Positions 26,298-38,200 of a stretch of DNA of 64,000 nt are shown here, one piece after another. The stretch lies in assembly GCA_030704615.1 (NCBI GenBank), contig CM060732.1, positions 76,322,001 through 76,386,000 of the forward strand. Reading direction: 5' to 3'. The translations under genes and the position numbers were made by a program. Positions within the stretch are counted from its first letter, which is position 1, and the number at the start of each line of letters is the position of its first letter. The DNA comes from Takakia lepidozioides (lineage: Eukaryota; Plantae; Bryophyta). The notes beneath the pieces were generated by a model, which ran no database searches, was not told the origin of the DNA, and worked only from the letters and a program-made list of their open reading frames with translations.

Positions 26298-29200
26298 ATG
26301 AGCGGTGCAAGGCTTTGCGGAATCTTGGCGGATCTAGGGTATGAGGGTTGGCAGCTGTTGGATGCTGACAGTTTTGAGTGGCCATTCCAGTATGATGATA
26401 CGCGACCGCTTCTGGATTTTCTGTGCACGAATTTGAGGCCATCGAACGTGCTTTCACTTCCGGAGCTTCTGCAGTAAGTGTTGCATGCAAACAGGGCTGA
26501 AATTGCAGTATTATTTCAAATTTTACTTAACTCCATAATTAGTCTGCTCTAAGGGACTCAATAGTCTGTGGCCCAGCTGAGTTCGATGGATCAATGTGAG
26601 CGGAGTTGAGCGGTGTGTTGTGTTTTCCCATGCTTAAGCGGTTTGGGGTTTAGGTCTTCAAGTGACAGCAGAGCAATGCACTTACCAGTTGAGTTGGATT
26701 TCGATTTTATTCCTCTATAGGTCGTGGTGTGAGAATTGTCCGTTGCACTTGTATTGTATCTCAAGCTTCTTTCGAATGGCTTCTACACATATCGGCCTGT
26801 GTCAGCTTGTTTCTCTCCATTTTTGGCAATCTCGCAGTGAATGGCCAGCATCTTTGAATCTGACATTAGCAAAGCTATTGCAGCCCTATGATCATCCATT
26901 CAAGACAGAAGCCTGAGTGTGTGCGGTGTGGGGGTTTGCCAGGTATAACGAGCTTAAAGAAGAGGGAAAACTTCTAGAGGTGAGGGGCTTCTGTCTCCCC
27001 AAGTTTTGAAATAGGTGATGGCTACTTTATTATTTTTTCCAAACAGTGCTGCAATGCTGCCAACCTGGTTGCCATCGCATGAATGTAGATTATCTGGCCT
27101 ACTGCATATCACCTAGATGTGGCCAATAGTAGGAATTGCAGTAGCTGGCTGACCACCGCCGCAATCCCGTGAAAGAGACAAGGGATGACAGAGAAATCAG
27201 CCGCATGCCAGCTGAGGACATTGTTTGTTTCCAGGGAGAGGATCTAGATTTTGCATATGGAAGTATCTCGGCATTTGCAAGCAGACGCTCAAATCAGGAG
27301 GCCATCCTGGGGGCAGAGGAATCTCTCAGAGAAATCAAGTAATAATCCCTTTATTATGTGTGTTTTTCTTTCCCGCCGTCCTCCCACACTTGCTATGGCC
27401 TTCTCTCTGCCAGTCCACTCCTAGTGACATAGAGAGTAGAGCACATGACATAGACATTGTTAGTGAGTAGCGTATCTGTCACTCCCAATCATACCTTCAA
27501 TTAAGCTTAAATGGTCTGCAGATGATTTCTTGGAAGGTGCCCAGATTTCACGAGTATTGATTTCTTGACCTTTTGGTACATACAGAGAGGCGACCATTGC
27601 GTACAAAGCGGAGGCTGTAGGGCTGCAGAAACGGGTTCAGCGATTGCAGTTTCATTTGGAATCTCTGGGAGGTCAGACCTCATCTCTAATACAGGGGCGA
27701 AGAGCCCGGGCAGCAGCAGCATCAGGCACAGCTGGCAATCTCGTGATGGTGGAAGAGAGACTGGCCAGTCGAAATCTGGAGGTGACTTCGTTTTCTAGAG
27801 TTTTGTTTCATAATTCTCTTTCCTGACAGTTTCTGTAAGTGGCTATGCGCATGTCATACTTGGAAATAGCTCCTTAATCCATTGCTACCAGAGCCTTCTG
27901 CCTTCTGTTTTATTTTTTGCCACTGTTGCTTTGCTTGCCAATCCTCTCTGTCTTTCCTTCACAGCGAACATGGAAACCAGCCAATCCTACAAAAAAACTG
28001 CAGTTCAATGGTCAGACATTCTTGGTCCTCCATGACGATAGAAACTTGTGGTCCAATTACCTATCTGCAGCTCTATCTCCCTCTCTTCTAAGGGAACTGG
28101 GGAGGTTTAGGGTGGTCTCCCACAGTCTGCTGATAGAGACTGGTAGGTGGGACAACCTGCAACGTGAGGACTGCCTGTGCCCCTGGCCCACTTGCATCGG
28201 AAACAACAGAGGAAAGTGAAAATTTCTTCTTTCACTGTCCTCTGTACTGTGAGGTCCGTGGGAGATCTATTGTCTATTCCAAGGTACCCAATCTCTCAGA
28301 CATCTTCCATTATGAGGATCCGAAATGCTTAGCAGCATATCTGCATGACTTTTGGACTCTTAGACAATCCCTTGAACTATAGTTGTTTTGGGCTGCTTGT
28401 GGAGGGCTGCTCTCCCATTCTTGTTTCATGCTTTCTCGTCCCATAAACTCGTTGAGCTTTCCGCCGACCGCCAATGTTATAAAGTATTATTTTGTTTCTT
28501 CCTGTGGATGTAAAAGCTTCTTTCATCTCATTTCTTCTTCTTTCTTCTCTATCTTGCTCTCCCTGTCAAAGATGGGGGAGAACTTCAACATATAAGGATT
28601 GTTATGCTGCAAATATAAACTCTGATTGTGGAGCCTGAAGCAAATATCTGAATGATGGTTTGTTTTTGTTCAGATGAACACGGTGCTTGAGAGGTTATCA
28701 TCATCAGCCCGTGAACTGTCTTACTACCATTCTGGAGAAGGTTACCCCAGTGCTGCCCTCTTGCTGTGTTGGCCCAACTCTTACGTTCACCTTTTGTGTA
28801 CTCTCTCTCTATGGCTTTTGTTCCGCTCAAACTGAGCACGGGGTCAATGGCCAAAAGGCTACGGCAAACAACGTCTTATGAGTACATTCTCTCCATGGCT
28901 TTTTGGTATCCATTCATTTTATGTGGTTCAACGTTGATGCACTATATGCTGCACTATGGCCCTTTGAATTCCCCTATATCCAGTGAGTGAGCTTTTTGGT
29001 ACGAAGTCATTTTATCTGTTTCCACATGGACGTGCTATTTGCTGCACTGGGTCCTGTTGAGCAGCATTTTCGGCAAGATTGAACTTCCCTATGTCCAGTT
29101 GTTATAGGCTAGGTTGGTCTCTTCACTCATCGGCTGCACAAATTTTGTGGAACAGAGGATGGGATCTATATTTCATTTGCTGACTTGCGACCATACACCA

Positions 29201-32200
29201 GCCAAGACCAAGCAGGCACCAAAGCACTCAATGAGTGGTTCTCCAAACAGTTTGATGTGGTTTGTATGATAATTTACCAGCAACGGATTTCTTGTAGGAG
29301 GGGTTTGCTGCATTCTTTACCTCCATCTCAACACAGTAGAAGAGAAATATAAACGTGTTGATACTTACAATGAGGAAGAGGAACATGAGGTAATTAATAA
29401 GTAGGTGGATAGACAAACTCCAAGTGGATTAATTGTGTGGCAGGGTCCATCTCGACTTGTTGCTGAAGAAGGAAAATCAAAGTGTGCATGGGTGAGCCTT
29501 GATGATGTGACTAACCGCTTCGTTAGGGGTATACTCTCACTTTCTCACTTTTACTTGCAGATATACTGACTCACCTCATAGAACTGGATTTTGCAGCATG
29601 GTAGCAGTCTTAAGGTTTATTCTTTTACTACATCAAAGCAGACTAGTGAACCTGGTAGGTTTGGTGAGCTTTACCATTTTTATAAAGGGTAGTACTGACC
29701 CTGCGTATTCAGGATTGATGTACAGTTCAATCGGTGTTTTGATGAGAGGGCTGTGTGTCGTTGTACTCAGGGGACTCAGAAAAGACGTATCATCGTCGTG
29801 TGGTGGAGCTTCAACGGCTCAGATCCATGTGGGGTCCTACGGAAGCCTATGTTCTCTGTCTGCTGAGACAATTCGAATAAAATGACAATTTGAATCTGAA
29901 TTAGACAGACAATTGAATAAAATGGCACTGAAAGGTCTCATAGATGGTTCTGAGTTGTGTTAAATTAGCCTAAAGGTTCCAAATCAAGCTGTCTATCCTA
30001 ACAAGTACTGAGGATAAGAGGATGGATGCAATGGCAGCTTTGGAGTAAGTGAGAGACAATGGGTGGAGGCCCATGCAGAGAAGGCAAAGCAACAAGCACT
30101 CCTCGTGACAGTCCAGTCGCAGACCTCAGCTGACCATGCCCATGTCCACTCTGATCTGCAGACTCTTAGGTAGTAGCCTCTCTACCTCTGTCAGTCTGTG
30201 TTGAGGAAATTGTCAATATAGGCCTGCCATCGTACTCAGAAGTAGCTGTCATGCCACATTCCAGCATGCAATAAGAATGTTGGGAATCTCTTAGTTGGGG
30301 TTTGTTGGTGGGAGTACTGTAGGCGCAAGCATACAGATGTTGGGAGTGAACTCTACACCCTCGCTCAGAAAGAGGAAAAACTGCTATCTGAGGTCTCTCT
30401 CTCCTCTCCCTCTCCCCTCCTGTTCCAAGTTCGTCCTCCTACTCTTCCCACTTTGCACAGATGAAGGAATTTGATTTTTGTGATGTATTCAAGTCAGCAT
30501 GTGTCTATCCTGGTCTCGTATTCTGACAATGTATCTATACAGGTCATTCCCAGCCTATGTTGGGAGCTGGCTCAACTGCAGGACACGTACATTCTTCAAG
30601 GTCAGCTACCTACACCTGAGTTCTGTATCTACAAACGCAAATGTGTAGTACTTCACTGAATGAAAAATTTGATTGGAGGTTGAAATCATCACTATTTCGC
30701 TTTAAGCTCTTCGTCATGTAAGCAGCTAGGGCCAAAAGAAATGTCCTGACATCAGTGTTCAATTGCATCAGTGAAGCAGACATCTCTCAATGTACTCATA
30801 AGACTTTGTTTGCCGTAGCCTTGTGGCCATAGACCTGTGCCCAGTTTGGACGGAAACATAGGGAATAGGCACTACCTTGGTGAGGGTCGATGTACCTTGG
30901 TATAAACAGGTAGTCCGGGCTTTATAAAAATTGTCTTAGGGTATCTGGTATTAGGCATGCGATTCAACTGACCACCATCTGACCTTGAATTCATTACGTC
31001 AAGAGCTTAAGGGAGGTATGCCAAACTTGCCCCAAACAGCCACATTAGCTGTTTTAGAGCAAGTTGACATGCTTAGACCTGAATGGATTCTAGAAATTTA
31101 AATGGTTGGAGTTGTTGACCCACACAACAGACACCTTGAGTGAATGTACTCATAAGATGTTGTTCGCTGTAGCCTTGAGAGAGACACCTTGAGAGAATGT
31201 ACTCATAAGACGTTGTTTGCCGTAGCCTTGTGGCCATTGACCCCGCGCCCAGTTTGAGCGGAACACAGGGGGACAGAAACCTTTGTCTGGGGCTGACGCC
31301 GGTAGTATGACTTACCTTCGAACAGACAATTGAAGACACCTTGAGAGAATGTACTCATAAGACGTTGTTTGCCGTAGCCTTGTAGCCAGTGGCCCCGGGC
31401 CCAGTTTGAGTGGAACACAAAGGGACAGAAACTACCTTTTGTCTGGGGCTGACGCTCGTGGTATGACATGCCTCGGAACAGACAATTGAAGACACCTTCA
31501 GAGAATGTACTCGTAAGACGTTTTTTGCCGTAGCCTTGTGGTCGTTGACCCTGCGCCCAGTTTGATCGGAACACAAAGGGACAGAACCTACCTTTGTCAG
31601 GGGCTGACGCCGGTAGTAAGACCTACCTTGGAATAATCAATTGATCCGGGTTTTCCAGATATCCTCTAGAAACCTCTTTACACAAGCATCAACCTGCTGT
31701 GTGTGGTTTGCCCAATAACTAGGCCCCAAAAGGGCCTGGGCTTTTGGCTCAGCCTCGTCAATGTTGGTAAACAGAGATACAGGCAGAATTCCCTCGATGG
31801 ATTTGAAGAGAGCGGCTCTCTGGTGAGAGAACCCCAGACAATGAATCAGAAAACGAATATTCAGGTTGCCCACACAACGGGCAATTGCACTCTCCATTTC
31901 CTCTCTGCTTCTGTTTGCTGTTCAGAGGTAGGCTTCCCGCCCTAAGTTTAAATTTTAGTCTAGTGCCGAGGGTGGGTAGACCCTTGAGGTCATCCATGAT
32001 GTCCTCCCCCATGTCACAGTTCCGGGAAGTTTTCTGCCTAACTTCATTTTCATCAGACTATTTCCTGGCAATAGACATGGCTTTGGACCTACAGCCTCTA
32101 AGTCAGATTTATCCAGCAGGGTCAAGACTTGCGGGCTAAGATTTAGATCCTTGAGAATCTCTTCTAATCTCTTCCGCCAGGACTTAGCCTGTTTGACAGG

Positions 32201-35200
32201 GCGATCCTGGTTCCAAGGTATTGAGTCGACTAACTTAGGATATCTGATGTTGGACATATGTTGCAGCTGACCCCACCATCTAACCTTGAATTCATCTCGT
32301 CGGGAGCTTAAGGAAGGGATGCCAAACTCACAGCCACATAGCTATTTTGGAGCATGCTGACATGCACTCCTTAAGCACCCCCACTTGAATGGATTCTAGA
32401 GACTTGGTTGGAGTTGATCCCTCTGCAGTGGAAAATTTTAGTGAGACCCACTGGTTTGCGCTTGCCAGTTTGAACAACTTTCTGAATATGGGCATCCCAA
32501 TTACAGTTCGAGGAGAACTCAACGTCGAGGTATGTGTAGGAAGGGAGGACCGGTATCTCTTGGCTTCCCTAGTGCCACTTGAGATCACCTCCTCCCTCTC
32601 CTCGGTCGTTGAATGCCACCACTGCACATTGAGAGAGACAAAGACTAAGGAAAGAAGGAAATGCTTTTAAATCCATGGGAGGCCCTAACCATGGGACACA
32701 GTAGAGCAACACGAGCATTTTTTGTCGTGCATGAAAATGACTGATATTCAGTGGTGGGTCCATCAAGGTTTACGATTACTTCATGGAACCTGTGCTTGTA
32801 TTTGGAGGCTTACGCTTGGGCTTGGGCCTCAGGTGATTATGACTTGAAGGTGATGCGGCAAGAGTACTACATCTCCCAGCAAAAGAAGGTCTCTCTCTCC
32901 CCCTCTCTCTCTCTCTCTCATTCACTCACTTCTCCCTGTCCTCTAGGAAGCCTATTGACATTGGGTGGACTTGAAACGGGAGTACATTAATGTCTCTGTG
33001 ACTAAATGCCCGCCTTATGACCTCGTGTTCTTGTTTGTTTCGACCTGAAGCGCTTTGCTTCAGGTAAGGTAGTGCATTGGATTTAGTTGGAAAGCTTGGG
33101 GCCTTTCCCTCTTTAGAATATGCCTACACGGGCCATGCCCTGCAATTCCCTGGAGTGTGATCTCTGAATGGTAACAAGCGGACTCCTACCGCTTGGGGGC
33201 AGCCCCTCCGCCCAAATTGGGCAGTCGTATGCTCTGTCTAGCATACTCGGCACTTGGGCTCGGGTTAGTTCCTGTGCTTAAACTTATGGCCTGCGAAAAC
33301 AATCAAAAATTTAGCTCCTATCAACATCAACACTCCTCAGGGTGATCCCTGGGAATTGGTTACTTATGCCAAATCTAGGGCTTCATGTGTAGTTTTTGGG
33401 GTGAATCCCAGGATGGACGATGTGTCCTTTAAAACTACATGCTCTAGCTTAGGCTTGGATTTCATGGCTAATGGTACCATCTCGAGACTTGATAACAGGG
33501 GTACGTTGAAGGTTGCAATGACTAAAAGTGCTTCTAATAGAGTCCCGCATCAATTCAATCTCAAAGAAGTTCGTCCCTTGACTGGCTGGAGAGCGGTCTT
33601 AGACATTGGTGATTCAATGGGGCGCTCTAGGAAGACAACCAAGGGCAACAACTTCAACTTGAGAGTTTCTAATCGGTTTGATGCTCTGGATGAGGTTGAA
33701 TCCAAACAGCCAGAAGGACAAGATGCCCCTAAGTGTACGGAACCTGAACGTCCTGAATCTGAAGGATTTGGTACTCTGAATGGTTTACCAATCCTCAAGG
33801 TTTACACAAGACGAACAAATTCTATACACGGGGTAATTGTCCCCAAGCCGTCAGATGGACAATCTGTCCCTAAGTGTGCAGAGCCTGAACGTCGTGTAAC
33901 TGAAGGATTTGGTACTCTAAATGGTTTACCAATCCTCAAAGTCTACACAAGACGAGCAAAATCTATACACGGGGTAATTGTCCCCAAGCAGTCTGACGGA
34001 CAATCTGCCCCTATGTGTGCGGAGCCTGTGCGTCGTGTAACTGAAAGATTTGGTACCCTGAATGGTTTACCAATTCTCAAACAAGACGAGCAAAATCTAC
34101 ACATGGGGTAACTGTCCCCCCTTTGCAGAACGGTTGGCCGTCCAGGAGCAATCACAAGCTACCTAGACGACAAACAATTCACACGCAAAGGGCTGGCTTG
34201 CGGCTGGCCACTTTCAACTTCTCAGGGTTGACCAACCAAAGGAAACAACTTGAAGTGGGACAAGTTCTTCAGACTAATGATATTCATATCTGTGCTGGGC
34301 AAGAAACATGGGAAACGTCGGATAAACTGGTTGGAGATGTCATTGGTTATAAATGGGCAGGTAAGATGAGTACTCTCAAGGCAGCCTCTGCCAAACGCGG
34401 TCAAAAAGGGGTCGGATTCTTTGTCCGTGATTTCTTGTTTGACAATTGTGAAATTATCAACAAGGGTTTGAGGTATGAGCATAGTATCTGGCTAAAACTG
34501 AATTTGAAGGGCGGCATGAGTACAAAGGACCTCTTTGTTGGTTGTGTTTACATGCCCACAGAGGGGACCCTTAGCGCTGACGCAGACAAGGCCTTCGAAG
34601 ATGTAAAGCTGGACTGTGCTTCGTTCCTTGCCAAAGGTCAGGTGGTACTATTGGGGGACTTCAATGCCCGGGTGGGCAAAGGGATCTATCAGGACGATAT
34701 CATTGGACCTTTTGGTGAGGACGAGCTGAATTCTAATGGCAGACGGTTAATTAATTGTCTAGAAGAGCTTCAGCTTTTGACCTTGAATAACAGGACAAGA
34801 GGTGACCAAGTGCAGTGGACTCGTGAGAAATCCCAAACTGGGGAACGTTCCATTGTGGACTATATCATAATGGACAAAATTTTGTTCCCCCAGTGTGCCA
34901 ATGTGTTGATCGACAGAACTGATATTGGTACCTCTGACCACTTCCTGGTTTGGACTGAGATCAAAAGGTGTTTTCCCACCCCCAAGAGATCTGTGAAACG
35001 TTCGATTCGGAAGTGGCGCATAGAAAAATTCCACAATGAGGAGGTCAAGGCTGAGTACGTCCAGGCCTTGCAAGAGGCTCTCCCTCATTTTGTCCAATCA
35101 CTCCAAGAACTTCAGTCACGCTCTGTTAACGCAAGAAATGAAGTCGAAAGAGCAGTGGACTCTTGGGAGAGTTTCGTTTCCTCCGTGGCTGACAAGATCA

Positions 35201-38200
35201 TTGGGAGGAAACTAATTGTCTGCGGTAGAGCAGTTAATTGGTGGACTAATGAGATTAAACTCAAGATAGCTGAGAGACGAGCCCTCTATAAAGAGTGCTG
35301 CAATTTGGAAACCAACAGAGAATTGTGGGCGAGGTACTACCAGCTCCGTAAAGATATCAATCAGCTTGTTAGGTCTCAGAAGAAATTATACTGGGACAAG
35401 TTATACAGTGAAATAAACTCAAACCACCATGGTGGTAATGACAAGAAATTCTGGTTGGCCCTTCAACGTTTGTACAAGCCGAAAACCTTTGAAACTCACT
35501 CCTTATCCTTGGCAGAACTTCTAGGTCTAACAGTGAGGGGTCTTCTGCTGAATGGAGGGACACAGTTGGAAAAACTGTTCCTATGATTCAAAACAGCCCT
35601 GATGAACTGGAGTATATTTCAATGGCTTATAATGCTCCCATTAGTTCTTCTGAGATTGTGGAAGCAATTGAACATTTAAATGGATATAAAGCTGGTGGAC
35701 CTGATGGTATTGTCAACGAGCTTATCAAGCACGGTGGCGATCCCATGATAGAGGCCCTAGTTCTCCTCTTTAACCTTATCTGGAAGACTGAAATGATCCC
35801 CTTTTGCTGGCGACAGGGGGTCATTGTCAATCTATACAAGAAGGGTGACAGAGAAGAACCGGGGAACTACCGTGGCATCACGCTCCTCAATGCTGTTGGC
35901 AAGACATTCTGCAGAGTTATAAGTACTCGTCTCGAGGTTGATCTGGAGTCTAGAGGTTGTTTCCACGAAGGCCAAGCTGGCTTTCGGCAAAACAGGGGCT
36001 GTGTGGATCATATCTTCACTCTAAGCCAGATTATCCAGGGAAGGAAAAAAGAAGGGAAACCCACTTATGTCTTTTTCCTGGATGTCAAAAAGGCTTATGA
36101 CACAGTGTGGAGAGATGGCCTATGGTTCCGCCTCTGGTCTTGTGGGATCAAGGGAAAGATGTGGAGAGTTGTCCACAACTTGTATGCTCACACCAAAAGC
36201 TGTGTCACTGTTAACGGACAGAAGTCCAACTTCTTTGACATAGACCAAGGTGTAGCTCAAGGATGTACTCTCTCCCCTCTGCTCTTCAATGTTTTCATCA
36301 ATCAACTCCTCGAGGATGTGGAAAGTGAGGGATTTGGGTTAAGGGTGGGTGATACCACCATACCAGCCCTTATGTTTGCGGATGACTTCGCAGGCATAGG
36401 GGAGACTCCAACCAATCTCCAGGAGTTGATTGATTGCGCGAAGAGATACTTTGATCTTTGGGGGCTAGAGGCTAATGTCAGCAAATGTGCAGTGGTAGCA
36501 TTCAACGACAGAGGAGAGGGAGGAAGTGATCTTAAGTGGCAGTGGGGTAGTCAAGAGATCCCGGTCCTCCCTTCCTACACTTACCTGGGCGTTGAGTTCT
36601 CCTCCAATTGTAATTGGGATGCACATATCCGGAAAGTTGTTCAAACTGGCAAGGGCAAAGCTCTGGGGCTCACTAAATTTTTCCACTGCAGAGGGGTCAA
36701 CTCTGAGGTTAAGAAAACCACGCTTTGTCGTGTTATTAGACCTGCCTTGGAGTACGGATCTGCTATATGGGTTGATAACTCCCAGGCTAAGTCTCTAGAA
36801 TCCATTCAAGTGGGGGTGCTTAAGGAGTGTATGTCAGCATGCTCCAAAACAGCCAATGTGGCTGTTCGGGGTGAGTTTGGCATTCCGTCCTTAAGCTCCC
36901 GACGAGATGAATTCAAGGTCAGATGGTGGGGTCAGCTGCAACATATGCCCAACACCAGATATCCTAAGTTAATCGACTCTATATCTTGGAAACAGGACCG
37001 CCCTGTCAAACAGGCTAAGTCCTGGCAGAAGAGAGTAGAAGAGATCCTCAAGGACCTGGACCTGGATCCGCAAGTCTTGACCCTACTGGATAAATCTGAC
37101 TTAGAGGCTGTAGTGTCCTCAGCCATGTCTGTTGCCATGAGATTGTCTGATGAAAATGAAGTTAGGCAGAAAACTTCCCTGAACTTGTTTCCAGTCTGTG
37201 ACATGGGGGAGGACATCTTGGATGACCTCAAGGGTCTACCCACTCTCGGCACTAGACTGAAATTTAAACTCAGGGCAGGAAGCCTACCTTTGAACAGCAA
37301 ACAGAAGCAGAGAGGAAAGGGAGAGTGCAATTGCCCGTTGTGTGGGCAATCTGAAGACAGTATTCATTTTCTGATACACTGTCCGGGGTTCTCTCACCAA
37401 AGAGACGCTCTCTTCAACTCTATCAAGGGAATTGTGCCTGTACCCCTGTTTACCAACTTTGAAAGTCTCGAGGCTGAGCCAAAAGCCCAGGCCCTCCTGA
37501 GGCCTAGTTTTTGGGCAAATCACACACAGCAGATTGATGCTTGTGTGAAGGGATTTCTAGAGGATATCTGGAAAACCCGGATTAATTCTATATATGGAGG
37601 TAAGTCTTACTACCAACGTCAGCCCCTGACAGAGGTAGGTTCTGTCCCTTTTGTTCCTGCTCAAACTGGGCGCGGGGTCAATGGCCACAAGGCTACGGCA
37701 AACAACGTCTTATGAGTACAATCTCTCTCATTCACCAAGGTATAGCTCAAGTTTTCATTAATCAGATCCTTGATGATGTGGAAAGTGAGGGATTTGGGTC
37801 AAAGGTGGGTGATGCCACCATACCAGCTCTTATGTTTGAGGATGACTTTGCAGGCCTAGGGGATACCCCATCCAATCTTCAGGAGTTAGTTGATTGTGAA
37901 AGAGGTCCTTTGACCTGTGGAGGCTAGAAGCCAATGTTAGTAAATGCGCGGTGGTGGCCTTCAATGATCGTGGGGAGGGAGGAGGGGATATCAAATGGAC
38001 GTGGGGCAGTGAAATCCCTGTGCCCCCTTCCTACACATATCTTGGTGTTGGGTTCTCCTCCAGTTGTAACTGGTATGCCCATATGCAAAAATTGGGTCAA
38101 ACAGCTAAACGCAATGCTAAGAGCATCTCACTCACTTTTTCGACCGCAGAGGGATCAGTACCGAAGTTAAGGACCTGCTTTGCAACATTATTAGGCATAC

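Larger units (their letters stand above)
32926..37721 (+). mobile_element. Full-length 4.8-kb non-LTR retrotransposon (APE endonuclease + RT + C-terminal CCHC), RTE-group/RTEX-like, in AUG3 intron 12
   Basis: 14-bp TSD tctctctcattcac at 32912-32925 and 37722-37735. APE motifs [29 protein letters not shown] motifs [50 protein letters not shown]-terminal CPLC..E...HFLIHC. The clade assignment is tentative. Confidence 0.95.

Noticed and set aside
32960-33250. Hammerhead or canonical HDV ribozyme in the LINE 5' UTR
   Set aside because: No CUGANGA/GAAA core in the right arrangement, and no clear P3/L3 or J4/2 catalytic C. Kept only as an unclassified structure.
33356-34111. Separate LINE ORF1
   Set aside because: The break is explained by a 7-nt deletion in the third repeat, and restoring it fuses this ORF to the endonuclease frame.
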